The notes below the pieces were generated by a model. That model made no database searches, was not told the origin of the DNA, and saw only the letters and a list, made by a program, of their open reading frames with translations. From Minisyncoccota bacterium (GTDB lineage: Bacteria > Patescibacteriota > Minisyncoccia > Phycocordibacterales > UBA9973): a DNA stretch of 64,000 nucleotides. The stretch spans positions 117,298 to 181,297 of the forward strand of contig JBAZQY010000001.1 of the NCBI GenBank assembly GCA_041663185.1, read 5' to 3'. Within the stretch, counting starts at the first letter, position 1. The number at the start of each line of letters is the position of its first letter. Position numbers and translations under genes: made by a program. Shown piece after piece: positions 9,728 to 17,868 of this stretch.

Positions 9728-10864
9728 TTATGACAATTGACGAAGGGCCAATCCTACCGCAACCGTAAACTCAGGGCCACTCGTTTCTAAAATTGGTTCT
9801 AGGAAGGCAGGAGCTTCTGTTTTTGCAAAAGGATTACCGTAAACAACTTCTGTATGAAAATTTTCCTTTGCCCGATCTAGTAAACCTTTTAATAAAGAAC
9901 CTCCTCCAACTAAAACAACTTTACTTATATTCTTATTATACTTCTTCTCATAAGCAAGCACAACACTATTCACATCAGAAAAAATATAGTCGATTGATAA
10001 ACGAGCAATATTCTCGACTCGTGCATCAATTTTGGCATCCAGCCCAACGGCGCGTTTTAATTTCTCAGCTTCTTCAAAAGTAACACTCAATGATTGAGAG
10101 ATGTTTCGACTGATATCTTGTGAACCTCGATTAATAACGTGGAAAACTCGGACAACTCCAGCTTCAACGATTGAAGCTTTGGTTTTCGAAGCTCCAAAAT
10201 CAAGGAGTAGGACTGGAGCCAAATCGCGATTAAATGATGAACGAATATTGCTGAAAATTTCCATTTCAAAAGAATCGGACTGTAATCCGGTCTTTTTTAA
10301 AATATCTTGATACTTTGATAATGTATCATTATGAATTGCAACGACCAAAATTTCTATCTTGGTTTGAACATTATTCTGATTAGTTTCATCGCTTTCAACT
10401 GATTCGACTTCTTGAGGAATTAAGAACCAATCGAGAGTAACTTCAGAAATTGGCACAGGAATATATTTACGCGCCTCAATCGGTACAATTTTTGATAATT
10501 GACTTTCTTCAACTTTACTAGGAAGCGAGATAGTAAAAATTAAACTCGAAAGTGATGGAATCGAGATGACTGCTTGCTTGGTGGTAACATTGGCTTCTTT
10601 GATGACATCAAGTAAAGCTTTAGAGATATCTTCGGTTGGTAAATTTGTGACTGTCCCTACATCAGTTTTCCCATAAGGACCCAAGGAAAGAATGCCATAC
10701 GTCTCAAGCACCGCTTTACCGTTTTTCTTTTTTAGTTGCACAACTTTTATGGCTGAGGATCCAATGTCTATACCAAGTATTTCTTTGTTGGATTTATCAG
10801 AATTAAAAACATTCGATAAACTAGCAAACCCTTCAGAAATTATTTTTTTTAGTGAATTATCCAT
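9728..10864 (-). CDS. pilM: Type IV pilus assembly protein PilM
   Basis: GIDIGSSAIKVV, EARKYIP, LDFGA, LVGGGS, AVGLALR actin-like motifs. Confidence 0.93.
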   Translation of the reverse strand: MDNSLKKIISEGFASLSNVFNSDKSNKEILGIDIGSSAIKVVQLKKKNGKAVLETYGILSLGPYGKTDVGTVTNLPTEDISKALLDVIKEANVTTKQAVISIPSLSSLIFTISLPSKVEESQLSKIVPIEARKYIPVPISEVTLDWFLIPQEVESVESDETNQNNVQTKIEILVVAIHNDTLSKYQDILKKTGLQSDSFEMEIFSNIRSSFNRDLAPVLLLDFGASKTKASIVEAGVVRVFHVINRGSQDISRNISQSLSVTFEEAEKLKRAVGLDAKIDARVENIARLSIDYIFSDVNSVVLAYEKKYNKNISKVVLVGGGSLLKGLLDRAKENFHTEVVYGNPFAKTEAPAFLEPILETSGPEFTVAVGLALRQLS

Positions 10865-10918
10865 ATTAAATCCTTTTAATCAGTATTCATTATAACATAT
10901 ATATTGTAAAATAAAGAA

Positions 10919-11590
10919 ATGAAATCATTCCCATACCTCAAATCAATTAAAAAATTTCTATTGGATATTTTATTTCCAGCAAAATGTACAGGTTGCCGGA
11001 CAAAAAATGAAATTCTGTGTGATAATTGCATATTAAAAATACGCCCAGCCGAGAGAGAAACAGAAAGAGATATCATCGCTGTCTTTGATTATAGAGACCC
11101 AGTGATCAAAAAGGCTATCTGGGAATTAAAATACTATCATAAGCGTTATTTGGGAGAAAAAATGGGGCAATTATTGTATGAATCTTTAATTGAAGAGATT
11201 GCCGATTTAAAAACTGAAGTCGCGGGCCGATCTATCTATGTTGTCCCTGTACCTATTTCAAAAAAGAAAACACATGCTCGAGGATATAATCAAGCCCTTA
11301 TCATTGCCCGGGGATTTTGTCATTTCGGAGAACCTGGAGTTTTAGAATTAAAAAATAATCTGGTTATTAAAAAAATCGAAACCACCCCGCAAGCAAAAAT
11401 TACAAATAGGAAAAGACGCTTGCAGAATGTTCGAGGAGTTTTTGAAACGATAAATCCTGATTTAATTCGTGGCCGAACTATCATCATTATTGATGATGTC
11501 ACAACCACCGGAGGAACAATATCTGAGATTATAAAAATTCTTAAAAAGGCTGGAGCCAAAAAAGTTATCGGCTTCACTGTGGCGCATTAG
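10919..11590 (+). CDS. comF: ComF family competence phosphoribosyltransferase-like protein
   Basis: CxxC..CxxC N-terminus, RGYNQA, IIDDVTTTGGT. Confidence 0.9.
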   Translation: MKSFPYLKSIKKFLLDILFPAKCTGCRTKNEILCDNCILKIRPAERETERDIIAVFDYRDPVIKKAIWELKYYHKRYLGEKMGQLLYESLIEEIADLKTEVAGRSIYVVPVPISKKKTHARGYNQALIIARGFCHFGEPGVLELKNNLVIKKIETTPQAKITNRKRRLQNVRGVFETINPDLIRGRTIIIIDDVTTTGGTISEIIKILKKAGAKKVIGFTVAH

Positions 11591-11641
11591 GGTCAGGGCA
11601 TGAAAATTTTTAATTAAAAATTTTCATGCTATTATACATAT

Positions 11642-12832
11642 ATGAAAAAAAATAAAAACTATTGTCCAGATTGCGGGGGAGCTCAAACTATTCATTTTGT
11701 CGCTTATGTCTCTGTGTTGCTAGGTGCATTATTCGAACCTTGGACAAATTGGATAGGTAAAGTTATTCCTGAATCATCTTTCGATTGGTTGGGACCAACT
11801 TTGACAAAAATTTTAACTTTTTTAAAACTCGGTAAAATAACTTATGAACCAAAAGAAGATGATAGTGGCCGAACTCGAGTTCTTTGGGAAGAAGCCATTA
11901 AAAGAGGTATCAAAATGTATGAGTTTCGTTTATTTGGAATTGGCCACGATATTTTTGTTTCAGAATACAAAGGACATAAAAGATTTTTTGATGTTTTACC
12001 CCGTCCAGATAAATACAATCCCAAGGGTTTGGAATGGATGGATGATAAAGGTAAGATGAAAAAACATTTCAAAAAAGCAGGAATTAAAGTTGCAAATGGT
12101 AGAGTTGTCCACTCTGTCCGAAAGGCTTTAAAAGTTTTTAACTCTCTAGAAAAACCAGTCATTACTAAGCCAAATTTGGGTTCAAGGAGTCGCCATACTA
12201 CAACTCACATAAGTGATAAAAAAGAATTTATTATTGCTTTCAAGAAAGCTCGCCAACTTTCCCCTTGGGTGATGATTGAAGAGGAACTTTCTGGGTATGT
12301 TTTCAGGGGGACATTAATTGGTGGGAAATTAATCGCCGTTCTGCGTCGTGAGCCAGCTTATGTGATCGGTGATGGAATTCATAATGTAAAAGAATTAATT
12401 GAAATTGAAAATAAAAATCCCCTACGCACTGGTCCAATTTTCCATCAATTAAAATTAGACAGTGAAGCAATCAAAGAATTAACTCACTTTGGTCACACGG
12501 AAAATACAATCCCTAAAAAAGATGAAATCATAACTCTCGGACAAAAGACCAGCCGATCTGTCGGCGGAGGAATTACTGACATGACCGATATCGTCCACCC
12601 CGATAATAAAATATTATTGGAAAAAGTCGCAAAAGTTCTCGATGACCCACTGATCGGTGTAGATTTTATCATGGATGATGTCGCTATCTCTTGGCGTGAC
12701 CAACCAAAATGTGGAGTTATCGAATGCAACAGCGCTCCGTTCATTGACCTACACAGCTTCCCTCTTGTCGGCCGTCCTCACAACGTCGCAAGCGCCCTTT
12801 GGGATATTGTTTACCCAGATTCAAAAACGTAA
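11642..12832 (+). CDS. ATP-grasp protein (cyanophycin synthetase/GshB-like)
   Basis: PVITKP, RREPAYVIGDGIHNVKELI, GVDFI, IECNSAP. Confidence 0.75.
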   Translation: MKKNKNYCPDCGGAQTIHFVAYVSVLLGALFEPWTNWIGKVIPESSFDWLGPTLTKILTFLKLGKITYEPKEDDSGRTRVLWEEAIKRGIKMYEFRLFGIGHDIFVSEYKGHKRFFDVLPRPDKYNPKGLEWMDDKGKMKKHFKKAGIKVANGRVVHSVRKALKVFNSLEKPVITKPNLGSRSRHTTTHISDKKEFIIAFKKARQLSPWVMIEEELSGYVFRGTLIGGKLIAVLRREPAYVIGDGIHNVKELIEIENKNPLRTGPIFHQLKLDSEAIKELTHFGHTENTIPKKDEIITLGQKTSRSVGGGITDMTDIVHPDNKILLEKVAKVLDDPLIGVDFIMDDVAISWRDQPKCGVIECNSAPFIDLHSFPLVGRPHNVASALWDIVYPDSKT

Positions 12833-12937
12833 AAATAACCAGCATATATAAAAATTTATGAGTAGGTGTGGGCGCGCCGGAGCCCGAAGGGCGTAGAGGG
12901 ATAAGCGAATAAATTTTTATATATACTGGCTATTTTT
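12831..12937. repeat. Palindromic element family A, copy 1
   Basis: Long AT-rich inverted arms around core TGAGTAGGTGTGGGCGCGC..GGGATAAGCGA, shared with 21804 and 31511. Confidence 0.8.
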
Positions 12938-12960
12938 TGATTACCAAGAATTATTTTTAT

Positions 12961-13476
12961 TTATTTTTTACTCTGGTCAATAGTAATTTCCGAATCGGGA
13001 GCGATGTTCACGTCTGGTCTCAAATGTGAAATATGTTTACGTTGGACGATATAATCACCTAAAAATTTCTTAAAATCATCTATCCGAGCCTGTTCATCCA
13101 TTTCAGTAAAATGAGCAAGCGGTTTACTCTCAGGAGTATATTCATAATGCCCCCTTATTTCTCCATCTCGAAAAACTCGAATGTGGTATTGGTAATCAAA
13201 ATTTTCTAATTTACGCCAAGAGAGAACTTGTGATTTATCTGTCCAAGCCACGAAGTGGTTTCCAAAATTCCATTCATTATGTAAATGCTTTTCTAAATCT
13301 TTTAAATTTTTTCCAGGAGCAAGCCAGCCAATATGATAAGGCTGACGGCCCTTTTCATGCCAAGCTAAGTGCCATTTTAAAAAATGTTTTTGCAACCATG
13401 GAAACACTGGGTAAATATGCCGCCAGATACTTTTCTTAATTCTTTGGTTGAGTGTTAGTTTGATTATTTTATTCAT
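12961..13476 (-). CDS. Hypothetical protein
   Basis: Clean ORF (QYHIRVF..GEIRGHYEYTPE); ATG 13476 overlaps the stop of the upstream small ORF. Confidence 0.7.
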   Translation of the reverse strand: MNKIIKLTLNQRIKKSIWRHIYPVFPWLQKHFLKWHLAWHEKGRQPYHIGWLAPGKNLKDLEKHLHNEWNFGNHFVAWTDKSQVLSWRKLENFDYQYHIRVFRDGEIRGHYEYTPESKPLAHFTEMDEQARIDDFKKFLGDYIVQRKHISHLRPDVNIAPDSEITIDQSKK

Positions 13477-13609
13477 AATAAATACTTTTTTCAATAATAC
13501 TTTTCGCTACGTAGCTTTCTAATTTATTCGACATTACCGTAAAAATTAATATATTGACGACAATACATACTGCGACAAACATCCAATATTTATTAAAAGT
13601 AAACTTCAT
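13469..13609 (-). CDS. Small membrane protein (46 aa)
   Basis: MKFTFNKYWMFVAVCIVVNILIFTVMSNK...; -10-like box just upstream; stop overlaps next ATG; below ORF track cutoff. Confidence 0.5.
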   Translation of the reverse strand: MKFTFNKYWMFVAVCIVVNILIFTVMSNKLESYVAKSIIEKSIYYE

Positions 13610-13707
13610 GCTCTATATAATAACATTAAAAAAGAAAATTATTAAATAAAAAAATGTCGCCTCCTGGTGGGCGACATTAAATCTTAAAATCTTATTAACA
13701 TCCAGTT

Positions 13708-14130
13708 TCACTTCTGGTTAAGCTTGGCTTCAACGCTAAGCGTGGCATGCGGTACACTCTTCAGCCTTTCCTTGCAGATCAGCTTCCCGGTTACCCTGCA
13801 AATGCCATAGGTTTTATTCTCTATGCGCAATAAAGCGTTCCCGAGATTGTTGATGAACTTCTGCTGGCGTCCAGCCAGACGGCTGTTCTCTTCTTTGGAC
13901 ATGACCTGGTATCCCTCTTCAAGGATCTTGAATGTTGGCGAAGTGTCATTGGTTCCATGCTCTCCGCCGGGATCTTGGTATGCCTCCATCAGCAATTTCA
14001 GATCTTCATTGGCTGTTTCAAGTTTGCTCATAATAAGCTCCTTGAATTCCTCGAGTTCCTCGTCTGAGTACCTTGTTTTTGTTCTTGGCTCCTCTGCTGT
14101 GGCCACGCTGTGACCATTTAATTTTCCCAT
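13708..14130 (-). CDS. dksA: TraR/DksA family transcription factor, Bacteroidota type
   Basis: RYSDEELEEFK..DTSPTFK..ALLRIENKTYGICRVTGKLI.KERL..VPHATLS. Confidence 0.85.
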   Translation of the reverse strand: MGKLNGHSVATAEEPRTKTRYSDEELEEFKELIMSKLETANEDLKLLMEAYQDPGGEHGTNDTSPTFKILEEGYQVMSKEENSRLAGRQQKFINNLGNALLRIENKTYGICRVTGKLICKERLKSVPHATLSVEAKLNQK

Positions 14131-14396
14131 TCTGTCTTGTGTTTTAAAGGTTAGTTATTTCAGTTCGTTTCTGGGGGGAAATTAAAAAAAAATATAATTA
14201 ATAATGAACTTTGGGCTTTTACTTTTGTGGTTATTATACACAAGAGATGATAATTGTCAATGCGGAGGCACTTGTGTTAGGACTTATCACCGACAAGCCC
14301 TGTGATGTTTTTTTTAATAATTCCATATTATCATAACGACGTATCTCGTGCGAATTTCAAAATTGTAAGAAAACAAAAAATATGTATAATTCAAGT

Positions 14397-15239
14397 ATGA
14401 TAATATTGTCCTATATATTTTATTTTCTTGTAGCAACAATCGCTCCAATTCAACGTCGTTGGCTTTCAGTAAAAAATGAAGGTGGAAATAAAATCGATCT
14501 TTCTTTTAAGGTTACTCTCGTTTCTTCTTTATTAATTCTAATTCTTCCTTTATTTTCTCCTTTCGAATTACATGGTTCATGGTTAAAAATAACATTACTT
14601 TTAATTGCTTCCAGCGTTGGTGGAATGGGTTACTATATAAGCTATTTTACAGCACAAAGACACGTTGAAGCTGGAGTAACTTCTGTTCTTGGTAATACTT
14701 ATGTCCCTATTACTATTTTATTAAGTACTGTGTTTCTTGGAGAAGGACTTAAGGGATTGCAAATAATTGGGGTATTGCTTCTAATTACTGCAATGGTTAT
14801 TGTTTCAAAAAAACACAAGATAGGAAAAATGAAATATGATAAATATTTTTGGTTAATGATATTTAGCGGAATTTCACTATCAATACTTTTGGTCGCCAGT
14901 CGTGAATTAATGAAAATTACAGGATTTACAGCATCTCTTATACTAAGTTGGTGGGCTATATGTATAGGGCTTGGAATTCTTGCTTTCTTTTCAAAAGGAA
15001 AAACTACTTATACTAAAAAAGATCTGGTTATTACTGGATTTTTAAAATTTATTCAAGATCTTTCTTGGGGGATGCTTACTTTTTTCGTAGCCAATTTAAG
15101 TTTAGTCTCATCAATAACAACATTTAAAGTAGTTATCATGTTTATAGTTGCTGCAATTTTCTTAAAAGAGAAAGATGGAATTTGGAGAAAAATTTTTGGA
15201 AGTTTAATAGCCGTAATTGGTTTACTTTTGATGAGATAA
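14397..15239 (+). CDS. EamA/DMT family transporter
   Basis: About 10 TM helices in two repeats (FLGE / FLKE). Confidence 0.8.
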   Translation: MIILSYIFYFLVATIAPIQRRWLSVKNEGGNKIDLSFKVTLVSSLLILILPLFSPFELHGSWLKITLLLIASSVGGMGYYISYFTAQRHVEAGVTSVLGNTYVPITILLSTVFLGEGLKGLQIIGVLLLITAMVIVSKKHKIGKMKYDKYFWLMIFSGISLSILLVASRELMKITGFTASLILSWWAICIGLGILAFFSKGKTTYTKKDLVITGFLKFIQDLSWGMLTFFVANLSLVSSITTFKVVIMFIVAAIFLKEKDGIWRKIFGSLIAVIGLLLMR

Positions 15240-15258
15240 TTTAAATTTTTATTAATTG

Positions 15259-15345
15259 CGGATGGGGTGAGATTCGAACTCACGGAACCGGTTAGGGTTC
15301 GGCGGTTTAGTAAACCGCTGCCTTAAGCCTCTCGGCCACCCATCC
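15259..15345 (-). tRNA. tRNA-Ser(ACT)
   Basis: Cloverleaf: acceptor GGATGGG/CCCATCC, discriminator G, long variable arm, GTTCGAAT; anticodon loop TT-ACT-AA (15309-15311). Confidence 0.9.
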
Positions 15346-15364
15346 CTAACTAGCTCATGTTACT

Positions 15365-16384
15365 TTAAATTTTAAATTTTTCCAAGTGTTTTGGGTTATT
15401 TGTTCCAACAATACTTAAATATCTTTTTACCTGCGTTTTAGAATTTATTCTAACATCCACCCCCTTAGTCAAAACACATTTTATATTAAGATCTTTTAAA
15501 GTATCCAAAACAAATTGCAGGAGAGGTATTGATCTATTGGTAAACGCAATTTTTTTATAAAAATATTTTTTTTTATTTACAGAATAAATATTTTTATAAA
15601 AACAACCATCTGTATCAATGAGTCCTCTTAAACAGGCAATTCTATATTTCTTATTATTGAGAATCCATTGTGGCACTTCAATTTGATTTTTAACTTTATT
15701 TCCAACTATCAAGCCGAGAGCCTTTAAATAATCAACTAGTTCTACCCTAGATACTTGGATTACTGCAACTGATTTTCTTATTGGGTCATTCAAATATGTA
15801 TAAATTGATGGTTTAATTTTAAATAATTGACATATTAAATCTGAAACAAATTTAATATATTTTTTATCTGTATTTCTATTTAAAGTTATTTTAACCATAT
15901 ACTTTGACAATCCACCATCTCCAAGCATTATTCCGATGAATTCCGCAAGATTCTTCGATTTCTTTATTTTGTATATAGACTTTCGAACATTTATAATTGG
16001 ATGACTACCAAAACGCCCTTTTGAATTCCACCACTTCTCCCAAGCAATTTTCCTTTTTTCTAAATTACCTCCTACAGTAGAGTTTTTTAAGACATTATTT
16101 CTTCCACCCTTACTACTAATAATTTTTAAATGTTCATTAAAAGATACAATTTTTTCTATTTCGGGAATTCTAACTTTGTATTGATGACTCAATCCCTTAA
16201 CTGTTTCAAAGGGTAATCGTGTTACTCCGCTTCTCCAATCACGCAAAGTTCTAGATGAAACACTTAATAATTTTGCAAAATCATCAAATTCTTTTTTAGA
16301 TTTATATATTAAATTTTGAACAAATTCAGTCTGTTCTTTTTTATTTTTAAAAACTATTCTTTTATATATAAACCTCTTATCCAT
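15365..16384 (-). CDS. Free-standing LAGLIDADG homing-endonuclease-family protein with N-terminal HTH
   Basis: LAEFIGIMLGDG and CLRGLIDTDGCF motifs; FAKLLSVSSRTLRDWRSG HTH. Confidence 0.85.
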   Translation of the reverse strand: MDKRFIYKRIVFKNKKEQTEFVQNLIYKSKKEFDDFAKLLSVSSRTLRDWRSGVTRLPFETVKGLSHQYKVRIPEIEKIVSFNEHLKIISSKGGRNNVLKNSTVGGNLEKRKIAWEKWWNSKGRFGSHPIINVRKSIYKIKKSKNLAEFIGIMLGDGGLSKYMVKITLNRNTDKKYIKFVSDLICQLFKIKPSIYTYLNDPIRKSVAVIQVSRVELVDYLKALGLIVGNKVKNQIEVPQWILNNKKYRIACLRGLIDTDGCFYKNIYSVNKKKYFYKKIAFTNRSIPLLQFVLDTLKDLNIKCVLTKGVDVRINSKTQVKRYLSIVGTNNPKHLEKFKI

Positions 16385-16444
16385 TCTTCCATTATATACT
16401 TATGCTAGAAAAATCTCAATAATAATGATAGATTACAGATATAG

Positions 16445-16531
16445 GGAGCCGTGTCAGAGTGGTCTAACGTACCTCTTTGCTAAAGAGGCAGGGTGTAAAA
16501 GCCCTCACAGGTTCGAATCCTGTCGGCTCCG
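16445..16531 (+). tRNA. tRNA-Ser(GCT)
   Basis: GGAGCCG/CGGCTCC acceptor, CCTCT-TTGCTAA-AGAGG anticodon arm, long variable arm, GGTTCGAATCC. Confidence 0.95.
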
Positions 16532-16557
16532 CAATTGTTTATGCTATAATACACTAC

Positions 16558-17298
16558 ATGGATGAAATAGAAAAATTAAAAAAGGAAGTTGAGCGAGTAA
16601 AAAAAATCAGTGAAACAAAATCGGATATTATATCTATTACTGCTCATCAACTCCGCACATCACTATCGGCTCTTAAATGGATTTTAAAAATGTTTATCGA
16701 TGAAGATGTCGGTAAACTCAATAATGAACAAAATGAATTAATAAAAAAAGCATATAACAGTAACGAAAGAATGCTTCTGCTTGTGAATGATTTACTAACT
16801 CTCAATCATAGTGAAGATGCTTCCATTCCTTATAAATTTAAAAAGATAGATATCATTTATCTTATAGAGCAAACTCTATTTGAATTCTCCGGTGAAACAA
16901 ATAAGAAAGAAATTGAATTAATCTTTCTTAAGCCAGATATGCAAATACCACTCATTAACTGTGATGAGCAAATGATTCGTGTTGTTTTCCAAAATTTAAT
17001 TGAAAATGCTATTAAGTATAGTAATAAAGATGGGAAAATTTTCATCTCCGTCGGGCAAAAGGACAACAATGTTCAAATTTCTGTTCATGACACAGGTATT
17101 GGAATTAAAAATGAAGATAAGGAAAATATTTTCAAAAAATTCTTTAGATCACCAAATGCTATTGAGAAAGATGCAATCGGTTCAGGATTGGGATTATTCA
17201 CAACCAAAAATATTATTGAGAAGCATAATGGTAAAATCTGGTTTGAAAACGGCGAAGGAGGAGGAACAACATTTTTTGTTGTATTGCCTATTACTTAA
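16558..17298 (+). CDS. Cytoplasmic histidine kinase (HisKA-HATPase)
   Basis: AHQLRT H-box, NLIENAIKY, DTGIG, GSGLGL; start at ATG 16558 after TGCTATAAT (ORF track start overlaps the tRNA). Confidence 0.9.
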   Translation: MDEIEKLKKEVERVKKISETKSDIISITAHQLRTSLSALKWILKMFIDEDVGKLNNEQNELIKKAYNSNERMLLLVNDLLTLNHSEDASIPYKFKKIDIIYLIEQTLFEFSGETNKKEIELIFLKPDMQIPLINCDEQMIRVVFQNLIENAIKYSNKDGKIFISVGQKDNNVQISVHDTGIGIKNEDKENIFKKFFRSPNAIEKDAIGSGLGLFTTKNIIEKHNGKIWFENGEGGGTTFFVVLPIT

Positions 17299-17321
17299 CT
17301 AATATAGTATAATATCCTCGT

Positions 17322-17687
17322 ATGAAAAAAGTACTTATAATCGAAGACGACAGTTTCCTGCAAGGACTTGAGGCTGGCAAATTAAAAAAGGAAGGCTATG
17401 AGATAGTGACAGCTTCGACCGGTGAAGAAGCCATGAAGAAAATTACCGACCCTGAGATAAATATAATTCTCTTGGATTTAATTCTTCCGGGAATTGATGG
17501 CTTTGAAGTCCTTCAGAAAATCAGATCGACTGAGGCGTCAAAAAATATTCCAGTCATTGTCTTTTCAAACTTGTCTGAAGAAAAAGATATCAAAAAATCC
17601 AAAGAACTCGGAGCAACTGATTTTATGGTCAAATCAAATTTCACTCTAGATGAGCTCGTCGAACACGTCAAAAAAACTCTAAAATAA
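17322..17687 (+). CDS. Single-domain response regulator
   Basis: LIIEDD, LLDLILP, DGFEVL. Confidence 0.9.
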   Translation: MKKVLIIEDDSFLQGLEAGKLKKEGYEIVTASTGEEAMKKITDPEINIILLDLILPGIDGFEVLQKIRSTEASKNIPVIVFSNLSEEKDIKKSKELGATDFMVKSNFTLDELVEHVKKTLK

Positions 17688-17733
17688 AATCCGCCTGATG
17701 GCGGTTTTTTATTATATGTTATAATTTAAGAGT

Positions 17734-17868
17734 ATGAAAAAAGAACTCAGCAAAAAACATGCGATAATTCTTCTTATTATTTTTATTGCTATTGGTGGAC
17801 TTATTTTATACAAAGAAGATCCCAGTCATAATAATTTTTCTCCCTTAGATTATGTATTTAAACGATAA
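17734..17868 (+). CDS. Small membrane protein (44 aa)
   Basis: MKKELSKKHAIILLIIFIAIGGLILY...; TGTTATAAT just upstream; overlaps recG start. Confidence 0.45.
   Translation: MKKELSKKHAIILLIIFIAIGGLILYKEDPSHNNFSPLDYVFKR

Noticed and set aside
15365-16384. LAGLIDADG ORF as part of a tRNA/rRNA group I intron
   Set aside because: Both flanking tRNAs are complete and the spacers (19 and 60 nt) are too short for an intron core
16477-16557. Longer start of the histidine kinase
   Set aside because: Overlaps tRNA-Ser(GCT); a promoter precedes ATG 16558
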